Shown: positions 23,931 through 32,000, counted from the first letter of the stretch. The stretch is 32,000 nucleotides of DNA from Candidatus Nanopusillus acidilobi (GCA_001552015.1 CP010514.1:510001-542000); one strand, 5' to 3'. Made by a program: numbers and translations. The notes: a model not told the origin generated them from the sequence alone.

Positions 23931-25703
23931 TCATGTCATATTAGATGAACAAGAATAAGTATAGCTTGTAGAAATATTAGAACTATTTAAATTAATTATT
24001 GTTATTGATGATATTTGATTTATAGGATAAATATAAGAAGTAGATGGAAGTGTTTGAGTAAATGAAGAACCTGTTAATGTTTGAGTTATGGAATAAATAG
24101 ATGAAGAAACGATAGAAGTTGTTGTTGATGTAGAAGTTACTGTAGTTGTTGCTGTTGTATAAACAGTACTAGTAACTGTTTGAGTACTTGTGATTGTTGA
24201 ATAAATTGTTGAAGTAGATGTTAATGTAGTGATTAAAGTAGTATATACAGTACTGATGACTGTATTTGTAGATGTTAATGTGGTTGTTACTGTACTAGTA
24301 ACTGTATTATAAACAGTACTAGTTGTTGTAGATGTAGCAGTAACTGAAGATGTAACAGTTGTTGTTGTAGTAATAGTAGAATAAACAGTTAACGTACTAG
24401 TGATTGTAGATGTAGAAGTCAATGTAGTGGTTACCGTAGTAGTTATTGTTGACGTCTGAGTTACTGTAGAAGTTGAGGTCGTAACTGTAGAAGTTGTTTG
24501 AGTAGATGAGACAGAGACTGGTTGTATAGAAATACTAGGCATTACATCATTTGGAGGATATACTCTAGCTATTACCCATTCTACATATTGATATGATGTT
24601 TCAGAATGAGACATTTCAAGATATCCATCTCCTGCACTTATTTCTAATGTGGGATATTGATAAGGATTATAATTTAAACTAGAATATGTATATCCATTAT
24701 TATTTACTGTATAAGTATCTAATAATGTTAAAGGAGCCCATACTATAGCAAAAGGAGAATAAATATAATATCCTGCTTGTGCATATGTTGAATTAATAAT
24801 TAAATATGAATAAATCGTTCCCCAATATTCATAAAAAGGTATAAAACTTAAAATTTGATTTGTTACTGCAGATTTCAAGTACGTTACACCACTATAATAA
24901 TCAAATTGTACAAATGTAGATAAATTGGATGCGGGAGTATTATCACTACTAGTATTTCCAATAAGACTTACATTAATTTGTTGATTTGTATTTCCAAATA
25001 ATGATATTGCATTTGACTGCCCTCCAAAAGTATACAACCAGGCTTCTTCAACAATTAATGGTATTTTTGGAATATTTCCATTATTTGGAGGTAAAATATA
25101 TGTACCTTCATTTTGCCCATTATTTAGCATTTCAATACCAAGTGGAGTTGCTTTAGGAGACCAAAATCCATAATAATTATATCCACTCCATCCATCAAAT
25201 GTATTATCAAAATATCCATATACTATAAATACATCTTGACCATTATCATATCCTGAAATTACTTGAGGAGAAGCACCTACATAAGGATAATATTGAGAAT
25301 AATAATTTGAAGAGCTATTTCCTATATACATATAAATAGTTACACCTGAATTTGCTGGAATTCCTTGAGGTATATTAATCCACCATACATCACATGTTAC
25401 TCCATTATAATTTAATTGACCTTCATACCATGAATATAAAATATTTCCAGAACTATTTACAAAATAAACATTCTGTCCATTTGAATCTATTTCATTAAAT
25501 AATGTTGCATTATCTATATATGCAAAATTAGGACCTATATTAACATTGCCATTACATATTGCTATATCTTGTTGGAAAGGCGCGGGTGTTGCCTGAGATT
25601 GATTATTTGTTATAGTAACTGCATACCAACCCTGTGAATATATAAATTTAACTACTAATAAGAAAATTATTGATGCAAATATAAATTTCTTTAACAACTT
25701 CAT
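23931..25703 (-). CDS. secreted surface protein, paralog 3: signal peptide, DUF2341/ConA-like module, Thr/Ser/Val-rich stalk
   Basis: 590 aa. Signal MKLLKKFIFASIIFLLVVKFIYS|QG, the same module architecture as paralogs 1 and 2, then about 140 aa of T/S/V low-complexity sequence. Confidence 0.82.
   Translation of the reverse strand: MKLLKKFIFASIIFLLVVKFIYSQGWYAVTITNNQSQATPAPFQQDIAICNGNVNIGPNFAYIDNATLFNEIDSNGQNVYFVNSSGNILYSWYEGQLNYNGVTCDVWWINIPQGIPANSGVTIYMYIGNSSSNYYSQYYPYVGASPQVISGYDNGQDVFIVYGYFDNTFDGWSGYNYYGFWSPKATPLGIEMLNNGQNEGTYILPPNNGNIPKIPLIVEEAWLYTFGGQSNAISLFGNTNQQINVSLIGNTSSDNTPASNLSTFVQFDYYSGVTYLKSAVTNQILSFIPFYEYWGTIYSYLIINSTYAQAGYYIYSPFAIVWAPLTLLDTYTVNNNGYTYSSLNYNPYQYPTLEISAGDGYLEMSHSETSYQYVEWVIARVYPPNDVMPSISIQPVSVSSTQTTSTVTTSTSTVTQTSTITTTVTTTLTSTSTITSTLTVYSTITTTTTVTSSVTATSTTTSTVYNTVTSTVTTTLTSTNTVISTVYTTLITTLTSTSTIYSTITSTQTVTSTVYTTATTTVTSTSTTTSIVSSSIYSITQTLTGSSFTQTLPSTSYIYPINQISSITIINLNSSNISTSYTYSCSSNMT
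24100..24515 (-). repeat. degenerate Thr/Ser/Val-coding low-complexity repeat inside paralog 3
   Basis: It encodes TTSTVTTSTSTVTQTSTITTTVTTTLTSTSTITSTLTVYSTITTTTTVTSS... The plus strand shows reiterated gttgt/agtag/tgtag units. Confidence 0.7.
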
Positions 25704-25724
25704 TGTTAATCATTATATTTTATT

Positions 25725-25749
25725 TTTATAAATCTATCGTAAAGTGTAA
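25725..25749 (-). promoter_or_regulatory. putative promoter of paralog 3 (TTTATAAA plus an ACTTTACGATAGA element)
   Basis: The minus strand reads TTACACTTTACGATAGATTTATAAA, against TTATACTTTATGATAAATTTTATAA upstream of paralogs 1 and 2. The TATA-like box lies 22-29 nt upstream of the ATG. Confidence 0.35.
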
Positions 25750-25791
25750 CCATTATTCATATATAAACCTTATATATTAATCTTATTAAAA

Positions 25792-27120
25792 ATGGAAATT
25801 GAAATTTTCCCAATAGGTGGATATTCATATATAGGAAAAAATATGAGTGCAATAAGAATTGATGATAAAATAATTATAATAGATATTGGAATAAATGTAG
25901 ATAAAATATCTCAATTTGGAGAAAGAGAAGATATAACAGATAAACCATTAAAGGAATTATATGATTTAGATATAATACCAGATGACTCAATTTTAGAAAA
26001 TTATAAAGATAAAGTAAAGGCAATAATATTAACACATGGGCATTTAGATCATATAGGAGCAGTAAATTTTATTGCACCAAAATATAATGCACCAATATAT
26101 GCATCTCCATATACAATTGAACTAATAAAACAACAAGAAAAAGAATATGGAATTGTCTTACCAAATGATTTAAAGAAAATATCTCCAAATTCTTCAATTA
26201 AAATTTCAGAAGATATTTCAATTAATTTTATCAATATTACTCATTCAATTCCACAATCATTAATGATTGATATTCAAACAAATAAAGGACATATAGTATT
26301 TTCAGGTGATTTTAAATTTGATAATTTCCCAATCATTGGTAAAAAACCTGACAAAGAAAAATTAAAGAAAATTGGAAAAGAAGGAGTTTTATTATTAATT
26401 TCTGAAACAACAAGAGCAGATGAAAATTCAAAATCTCAATCAGAAATTATTGAAAAATATATGTTATATGATGTATTAAATTCAATAGATACAAAAGGAA
26501 TAATTATAACAACATTTTCATCACATATTGCAAGATTAAAATCAATAATTGAATTATCAAAAGAAATAAATAGAAAACCAATATTTATTGGAAGAAGCTT
26601 AGGAAAATATATTAGCGCAGCAGAAAATATTAATTTGTATAATTTTTCTCAAGAAGCAGAAGTATATTTTGATCCAAGAGATTATAAAAAAGTTTTTGAA
26701 AGAGTAGAAAAAAATAAGGAAGAATATTTATTAATTGTTACCGGACATCAAGGGGAACCAGGTTCTGTTTTAGATAGATTAGCAAGAGGAGAATATAATT
26801 TTGATCTAAGTAATACAACAATAATATTTGCAAATAATGTAATTCCTCATCCAATAAATGAAGCAAATAGAAAAATATTGGAAGAAAGATTAAAGAGAAA
26901 AAAAGCAGAAATAATAAAGGATGTACATATATCTGGTCATGCAAAAAGTCAGGATCATATAATGTTATTAAAAATGCTAGATCCTGAATATATAATACCA
27001 AATCATGGAGATATAAATAAAAAAGCCTCATATTATAATATTGTATCAGATTATGGATATACATTGGGAGAAGATGTATTTTTCTTAGAAGATTATCAGA
27101 GAAAAATATTTAATATATAA
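25792..27120 (+). CDS. rnj: metallo-beta-lactamase / beta-CASP ribonuclease, archaeal RNase J-like
   Basis: 442 aa. HGHLDHIGA motif, GDFKFD, a beta-CASP region and C-terminal HISGHA and PNHGD motifs. Its size fits archaeal RNase J. Confidence 0.82.
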   Translation: MEIEIFPIGGYSYIGKNMSAIRIDDKIIIIDIGINVDKISQFGEREDITDKPLKELYDLDIIPDDSILENYKDKVKAIILTHGHLDHIGAVNFIAPKYNAPIYASPYTIELIKQQEKEYGIVLPNDLKKISPNSSIKISEDISINFINITHSIPQSLMIDIQTNKGHIVFSGDFKFDNFPIIGKKPDKEKLKKIGKEGVLLLISETTRADENSKSQSEIIEKYMLYDVLNSIDTKGIIITTFSSHIARLKSIIELSKEINRKPIFIGRSLGKYISAAENINLYNFSQEAEVYFDPRDYKKVFERVEKNKEEYLLIVTGHQGEPGSVLDRLARGEYNFDLSNTTIIFANNVIPHPINEANRKILEERLKRKKAEIIKDVHISGHAKSQDHIMLLKMLDPEYIIPNHGDINKKASYYNIVSDYGYTLGEDVFFLEDYQRKIFNI

Positions 27121-27135
27121 AGGTAATATATTTTT

Positions 27136-27654
27136 ATGAAATCTATACATATTTACATTGAATATATTTTAATAATCCTATTATCTGTATTTACATTTTA
27201 TTTTGTTTTTACATGGTGGAACAATAATAAAATATATGCAATAAATTTCAATAATCAAAATAAATTTCAATATGATTCAAATTATATAGAAAATGTATTA
27301 AATAATTTAGAAGATGACTTATATTTTAATATAAATTTTAATTTAAATGGATATTATATATATTGTTTAAATAATTTAACATTAATTAAATCAAATAATT
27401 TTTGTAAAACAACATTAAATAATCTAACATATCAGGGGGAATTAATATATTCATATGGAAACTATTATGTATATGATCCAAAGATGAATGGATATTATTT
27501 ATTAGAAAACAATAATAATATTACATTGTATGGATGTTTTGAGAATTATTTATCATTAATAATATTGACAAATAATTGTACAGGAGTATGTTATGGGAAT
27601 TGTAATTTAAATATAGTTAAAAATCAAACATCAATTTATTCAATAATACAATGA
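27136..27654 (+). CDS. small secreted/membrane protein with N-terminal hydrophobic helix (type IV pilin-like or FlaF/FlaG-like candidate), Cys/Asn/Tyr-rich
   Basis: 172 aa. The N-terminus MKSIHIYIEYILIILLSVFTFYFVF is followed by a polar Asn/Tyr-rich domain with 7 Cys. It is the first gene of an operon ending in the filament ATPase and platform genes. Its stop overlaps the next start (ATGA). Confidence 0.45.
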   Translation: MKSIHIYIEYILIILLSVFTFYFVFTWWNNNKIYAINFNNQNKFQYDSNYIENVLNNLEDDLYFNINFNLNGYYIYCLNNLTLIKSNNFCKTTLNNLTYQGELIYSYGNYYVYDPKMNGYYLLENNNNITLYGCFENYLSLIILTNNCTGVCYGNCNLNIVKNQTSIYSIIQ

Positions 27655-27890
27655 AAACTCAATTATTATTAGAACAAGTATTATTTATTTTTTTGGTTTT
27701 ATTATTTATATCTGGTTCTTTAATATTTTATTATAACTATCTAAATAATTTAAATTATAAAAATTCATTAATAAAAAACCAAATATATAATTTAACATTG
27801 GAAGATGCAAAATTAAATAATCAATCAAATTTATTCTATTATCAAGGTTATTACTATCCAGTTGGTACTATAATAATTAAAAATTCATAG
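27651..27890 (+). CDS. small protein with N-terminal hydrophobic helix (pilin-like candidate)
   Basis: 79 aa. MKTQLLLEQVLFIFLVLLFISGSLIF has a short basic N-terminus and then a hydrophobic helix with Glu near its start, reminiscent of a class III signal. Confidence 0.4.
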   Translation: MKTQLLLEQVLFIFLVLLFISGSLIFYYNYLNNLNYKNSLIKNQIYNLTLEDAKLNNQSNLFYYQGYYYPVGTIIIKNS

Positions 27891-27905
27891 ATAGGTTAAA
27901 ATTAT

Positions 27906-29453
27906 ATGAAAAAAATTGTTGCAGAAGAAATATTAAAATATTTTGATAATGAAATAAAAAATGAATCTTTTATACCAAATATAAAATCCGATATTGATAA
28001 ATCAAAAATTGATATAATTTATCCACTAATTGGGAAACTTGCATATGCACATGTTTATTATGATAATATATCTGAAGAACTTGTATATGAATTATTAGAG
28101 CCTGAATTATCTGATGAAGAAAGAATACTAATAGAAAAAATAAAACAATATGTTTTGGATGAAATGTACAAAGATCCTGAAGAATTTCTAAATAAAAATA
28201 AAGAATATGTATTAATAAAGAAATTGGAAGAATTTGTAAATAGATATAAGATAAAAATAAATAGAGATATGTTCATAAAATATTATTATTATTTATGGAG
28301 AGACATGCTGGGATTTGAAAAAATTCATCCATTATTTTATGATATATTTATTGAAGATATTTCATGTGATGGATATGATATACCAATATATGTACATCAT
28401 AATAAATTTGGAATATTAAGGACAAATATAATTTTATCTAGGGATGAATTAGATAAATTTATAGTAAAATTAGCTCAAAAGGCTGGAAAACATATATCAT
28501 ATGCAGAACCAATTCTAGATGCAACATTACCAGATGGATCAAGAATAAATGCAACATACTCACAAGAAATTACTACACAGGGTCCAACATTTACAATAAG
28601 AAAATTCAAAAAACAGATGCTATCATTAGTAGATCTAATAAAATTAAATATGCTAGATTCTGAAATTGCTGCATATTTATGGACATTAGTAGAATATAGA
28701 GCAAATATATTAATTGCAGGTTCTACATCTTCTGGAAAAACTACATTATTAAATTCAATTGCACAATTTATACCACCAGAAGCAAAGGTAATATCTATTG
28801 AAGATACAAGAGAATTACAGTTATATCATGAAAATTGGATTCCTGCAACAACAAGAAAAGGTTTCTTTGTTGGAGATAAATATTATGGGGAAATTGATAT
28901 GTATAAATTACTATCAGAATCTTTTAGACAAAACCCAGATTATGTAATTGTTGGAGAAGTAAGAGGAGAGGAAGCATATGTAATGTTCCAGGGTATGGCT
29001 TCTGGTCATTCTGCACTATCAACTATACATACTGATAGCTGGAGAGCATTAATAAGAAGATTAACAACAGCACCAATTAATTTAACTCCAGATCATATTG
29101 CATTATTAGATGCTGTAATATTTGCAATGAGAGCAAGGAATATTTCTCCATCTGCTAGAAGAATAAGGGAAATTATTGAAGTAGGAAAATATTTAAATGG
29201 AAAGATTGAAAATGAAACAGTCGTAAAATGGAATTTTGAAGATGATACATTTGAGAAAAAAGATCTTGGAAAATATACTGAAGAAACATTAAAATATAGG
29301 GTTGGATCGAATATAAGTTTTAAGGATTCAATAGAAGAGAAAAAAGAGGTAATAGATTATTTAGTAAATAAAAATATAAGAGAAAATAAAAAAATTGCTG
29401 AATATATAAAGCTATATTATACAGATAAAGATTCTTTATTGAAAAAAATATGA
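27906..29453 (+). CDS. type IV filament / secretion ATPase of the FlaI(ArlI)/PilB/GspE-VirB11 superfamily
   Basis: 515 aa. Walker A GSTSSGKTTLLN, Asp box VISIEDTRELQLYHENW, Walker B DYVIVGEVRGEEA, His box GHSALSTIH, and an archaeal FlaI-like N-terminal region (EDISCDG...IYVHH...DATLPDGSRINAT...FTIRKF). Confidence 0.88.
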   Translation: MKKIVAEEILKYFDNEIKNESFIPNIKSDIDKSKIDIIYPLIGKLAYAHVYYDNISEELVYELLEPELSDEERILIEKIKQYVLDEMYKDPEEFLNKNKEYVLIKKLEEFVNRYKIKINRDMFIKYYYYLWRDMLGFEKIHPLFYDIFIEDISCDGYDIPIYVHHNKFGILRTNIILSRDELDKFIVKLAQKAGKHISYAEPILDATLPDGSRINATYSQEITTQGPTFTIRKFKKQMLSLVDLIKLNMLDSEIAAYLWTLVEYRANILIAGSTSSGKTTLLNSIAQFIPPEAKVISIEDTRELQLYHENWIPATTRKGFFVGDKYYGEIDMYKLLSESFRQNPDYVIVGEVRGEEAYVMFQGMASGHSALSTIHTDSWRALIRRLTTAPINLTPDHIALLDAVIFAMRARNISPSARRIREIIEVGKYLNGKIENETVVKWNFEDDTFEKKDLGKYTEETLKYRVGSNISFKDSIEEKKEVIDYLVNKNIRENKKIAEYIKLYYTDKDSLLKKI

Positions 29454-30283
29454 ATTTTTTAGTAAAAAAACTATACCCATATTTTAAGGATAAAAAATAT
29501 GATATATTTTATACGCAATTTAAAACTTCAATTGAAGATTATATAAAAACAACATTAGAATACTCTTTCTTAACTTTTTTCTTATCTTTTCTATCTTTAT
29601 CATTAATATTTATTTTCTATCTAAATTTCTATAATATAGTATTATTTTCTGTAAGTATACTATTTGGGATTATTGTTGGTTTTTTAACATTTATTTATTT
29701 TTATATTTATCCATCATTAGCAAAAGCTGATTATATAAAAGATATAGAAGATAATTTACCATTCTTTGCATTATACTTTTATTCATATTCAGGTTCCCAA
29801 ATGAATATAATAGATATATTTAAATTATTAAATAAAGAAAAAAGATTTGGAGCAATAAATAAAGAAATTTCATATTTATTAATATTGATTAATAATTTTG
29901 GATATGATATTTTATCTGCATTATTAGAATTAGCTCAAAAAACTCCTTCAGAAAAATTCAAGGAATTTCTATATGGATTAATATCAGTAATTAGATCTGG
30001 AGGTTCTTTAAAAGATTTTGCAAGAATATATGCAAAACAAAATTTAGAAGATTATGAATTACAATTAAAGGAATATAATGAAAAAGTTAACTTATGGGTA
30101 ACATTATATGCATTTTTCTTTATAACATTCCCAATGGTATTACTAATTTTAGCATTTCTATTTTCAATTGCATCAGGAAATATGAATATTTTAAATTCAT
30201 TATTATTTTTCTTTATTGTAATTATACCATTTTCATATATTACATACTTATATATGATACATATATATCAACCAAAGATTTAG
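29450..30283 (+). CDS. type IV filament platform protein, FlaJ(ArlJ)/TadC-like, single T2SSF domain
   Basis: 277 aa. It has N-terminal TM helices, one cytoplasmic T2SSF-like domain (EDNLPFFALYFYSYSGSQMN...LLELAQKTPSEKFKEFLYGLISVIRSGGSLKDF) and C-terminal TM helices. Its start overlaps the ATPase stop (ATGA). Confidence 0.72.
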   Translation: MNFLVKKLYPYFKDKKYDIFYTQFKTSIEDYIKTTLEYSFLTFFLSFLSLSLIFIFYLNFYNIVLFSVSILFGIIVGFLTFIYFYIYPSLAKADYIKDIEDNLPFFALYFYSYSGSQMNIIDIFKLLNKEKRFGAINKEISYLLILINNFGYDILSALLELAQKTPSEKFKEFLYGLISVIRSGGSLKDFARIYAKQNLEDYELQLKEYNEKVNLWVTLYAFFFITFPMVLLILAFLFSIASGNMNILNSLLFFFIVIIPFSYITYLYMIHIYQPKI

Positions 30284-30450
30284 AAATTAACAAATCCTTT
30301 CTTTGCTAAATCAATTGCTTCCTTTTTTAATTTTCTAAAACATGATATATGAAAAATCATTTTTTCTCCATTTAAATTTAATATTTTATATTTTTCATTA
30401 TCATATACGGGTCTATTACAATATTTGCATTCCCCAATCTTATTTGCCAT
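30280..30450 (-). CDS. possible small zinc-ribbon-like protein (56 aa)
   Basis: Manual translation: MANKIGECKYCNRPVYDNEKYKILNLNGEKMIFHISCFRKLKKEAIDLAKKGFVNF, carrying CxxC...HxxC. It lies 30 nt downstream of aEF-2 on the same strand and is below the ORF-track cut-off. Confidence 0.35.
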   Translation of the reverse strand: MANKIGECKYCNRPVYDNEKYKILNLNGEKMIFHISCFRKLKKEAIDLAKKGFVNF

Positions 30451-30480
30451 AAAAAATAATTATTTTTATTATATAAAAAT

Positions 30481-32000
30481 TTAGTGAACCCCTTCAGGTA
30501 TTCCCTTTCTTTTCCTAATAGAATCTATTATTTGCTGTTGTAAATCTTTTGGTACTTTTTCATATACCTGATCTTCTAAGAACCAAACACCCTTTCCAGA
30601 TGTTGCAGATCTTAATTCATCTGTAAATCCAAACATATTTGCTACAGGTACTTTTGCTTTAATTGTTGCTCTTTCTTCTTCAATATTCATTTCCAATATT
30701 TGTCCTCTCCTTGACTGTAATATAGATGTTACATCTCCAACAGTTTCTGGAGGAGTATCAATTCTTATAACCTGCAATGGTTCATATAATGTTGGTTGTT
30801 CAAGAATAGCACTCTTAATTGCATCCTTTGTTGCAGGAATTATTTGAGCAGGACCTCTATGAATTGCATCTTCATGTAATACTGCATCAATCAATTTTAC
30901 TTTCATCATTATACCAGGTTCCCATGCTAATGGACCCTGATCCATTACTTCCTTAAATCCTTCTACAATATATTCTATTACTTCTGGTAAATGAACAATA
31001 CCCCTTGTCATATCAATCAATACATTTCCATTTTGTACCATTATAATTCTCCTTGCTTCTTCTTTATCAAATCCAATTTCATTAAATACTTTCCATAAAT
31101 CTTCCTTTTTAATCCTTCCTTCAGGTAATTTTCCTTCTCTAATATATTCCCTCATTTTTTCATATATTTCATATGGTAAAGGCTCAATTTGTATATATAT
31201 TTTATTATGTTTGTTTGGAGATTTCCCTTCATATACTTGTGTAACTCCATTAACAGATTCTCTATAAATTACTATTGGATCTCCAACCTTTACAGGTATT
31301 CCAAAATCGTTTTGTACTCTATATTCTATTATTTGTAAATGCAAATCTCCTAAACCAGATACTAAAATCTCTCCAGTATCCTTTTTCTGTTCAACTTTTA
31401 TTGTAGGATCTTCTCTTGTTAATAGATCCAATGTTTCAATTAATTTTGGTAGATCATTTGGATTCTTAGGTTCAAATGATTTTGTAACTACAGGATCTAA
31501 CCAATGTTTCATTTCTTCAAATGTTTCAACATTTTTTGGATCTTGAACTTTTCCAACAATTGTTTCTCCTGGATATAATCCTCTTATCCCAACTAAGGCA
31601 ATTATATTACCAGCCTTTACAGAATCTACATTTATTCTTTGTATTCCCTTCCATACAGCAACCTGTTGTATTTTTATTTGTTTTCCAGCTTGAATTAAAT
31701 ATACATCATCACCTTTTGATAATGTACCTGAAAATATTCTTGCAGTTGCAATTTCTTGCTTTGATACTTTATCAATTATTACATTTGTTACATTTATTAC
31801 TATTGGTCCATTTGAATCTAAATTTAACATTGCTTTTCCAATATCTGAATTTACATCTCCCTTCCATATATGAGGAATTCTATATTTTTGCGCTTCAATT
31901 GGAGAAGGTAAATGCCTTATAACCATATCTAATACAACTTTTGCGACAGGTGCCTTTTTTCTCATTTCTTCCTTTAATTTCTCTTTATCTTCTGAATATT
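30481..32000 (-). CDS. fusA: translation elongation factor 2 (aEF-2), C-terminal ~500 aa; the 5' end lies beyond the window
   Basis: The reading frame stays open upstream of the listed Met (..YSEDKEKLKEEMRKKAP..). Domains II-V are recognisable (EPVVT-like DPVVTKSFEPKNPNDLPKLIETL, GDLHLQI), as is the diphthamide-region motif HEDAIHRGPAQ. Confidence 0.93.
   Translation of the reverse strand, partial: YSEDKEKLKEEMRKKAPVAKVVLDMVIRHLPSPIEAQKYRIPHIWKGDVNSDIGKAMLNLDSNGPIVINVTNVIIDKVSKQEIATARIFSGTLSKGDDVYLIQAGKQIKIQQVAVWKGIQRINVDSVKAGNIIALVGIRGLYPGETIVGKVQDPKNVETFEEMKHWLDPVVTKSFEPKNPNDLPKLIETLDLLTREDPTIKVEQKKDTGEILVSGLGDLHLQIIEYRVQNDFGIPVKVGDPIVIYRESVNGVTQVYEGKSPNKHNKIYIQIEPLPYEIYEKMREYIREGKLPEGRIKKEDLWKVFNEIGFDKEEARRIIMVQNGNVLIDMTRGIVHLPEVIEYIVEGFKEVMDQGPLAWEPGIMMKVKLIDAVLHEDAIHRGPAQIIPATKDAIKSAILEQPTLYEPLQVIRIDTPPETVGDVTSILQSRRGQILEMNIEEERATIKAKVPVANMFGFTDELRSATSGKGVWFLEDQVYEKVPKDLQQQIIDSIRKRKGIPEGVH

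Noticed and set aside
23931-23933. The in-frame TGA of paralog 3 as a recoded codon (Sec or Trp) allowing read-through into the fossil tail.
   Set aside because: A frameshift is also needed a few codons downstream to reach the homologous frame. TGA serves as an ordinary terminator for other well-supported genes here (secY, the filament ATPase, paralog 2). No SECIS-like context was evident.
16730-25703. A diversity-generating retroelement (template/variable repeat pair) as the source of paralog variation, since DGRs have been reported in nanoarchaeal lineages.
   Set aside because: The window has no reverse-transcriptase ORF. The shared blocks are either 100% identical or broadly diverged, with no adenine-specific mismatch pattern. 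The diverged 44-nt tail region differs at all base types.
25792-27120. The RNase J-like gene as a functional part of the adjacent filament operon, which starts 15 nt downstream.
   Set aside because: Proximity in a compact genome is weak evidence. RNase J is a general RNA-turnover enzyme and I know of no link to type IV filaments. Co-transcription is possible but a functional association is not supported.

Overview
The window is about 25% G+C and archaeal in character: eL34/eL14, aEF-2, FEN-1, archaeal-type SecY, TrpRS and GlyRS, and an aRNase J-like beta-CASP protein. The two tRNA genes are very G+C-rich islands. Together with tight gene packing and 4-8 nt start/stop overlaps, this suggests a thermophilic, genome-reduced archaeon. 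A DPANN/Nanoarchaeota-like lineage is my inference, not a demonstrated assignment. Most of the window is housekeeping: truD (partial), trpS, tRNA-Ser, a secY-DUF106-rpl34e-rpl14e cluster, tRNA-Ala, yjbQ-like, alaX, an ATP-cone protein, fen, glgP-like, glyS, an RNase J-like gene and aEF-2 (partial). Three regions look accessory. (1) At 16.7-25.7 kb there is a head-to-tail array of three paralogous secreted proteins of 1215, 1052 and 590 aa. They are built from reshuffled modules: a DUF2341/ConA-like module, a Cys-rich block, a C-terminal module, a Thr-rich stalk and a TM anchor. Blocks of 100% nucleotide identity sit inside diverged sequence, a promoter plus signal-peptide cassette is duplicated, and one copy has a decayed tail. 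This is the best candidate for a variable cell-surface or host-interaction system. (2) At 2.75-6.54 kb a two-gene module has no assignable function. It pairs a coiled-coil, KE-rich protein carrying a C-terminal hydrophobic segment with an endonuclease IV/xylose-isomerase-like TIM barrel split by an insertion of about 320 aa. (3) At 27.1-30.3 kb there is a minimal type IV filament operon: two small proteins with N-terminal hydrophobic helices, a FlaI/PilB-type ATPase and a half-size single-domain platform protein. By-eye alignment suggests several enzymes carry substitutions at canonical catalytic or ligand residues. I found no CRISPR array, transposase, integrase or rRNA.
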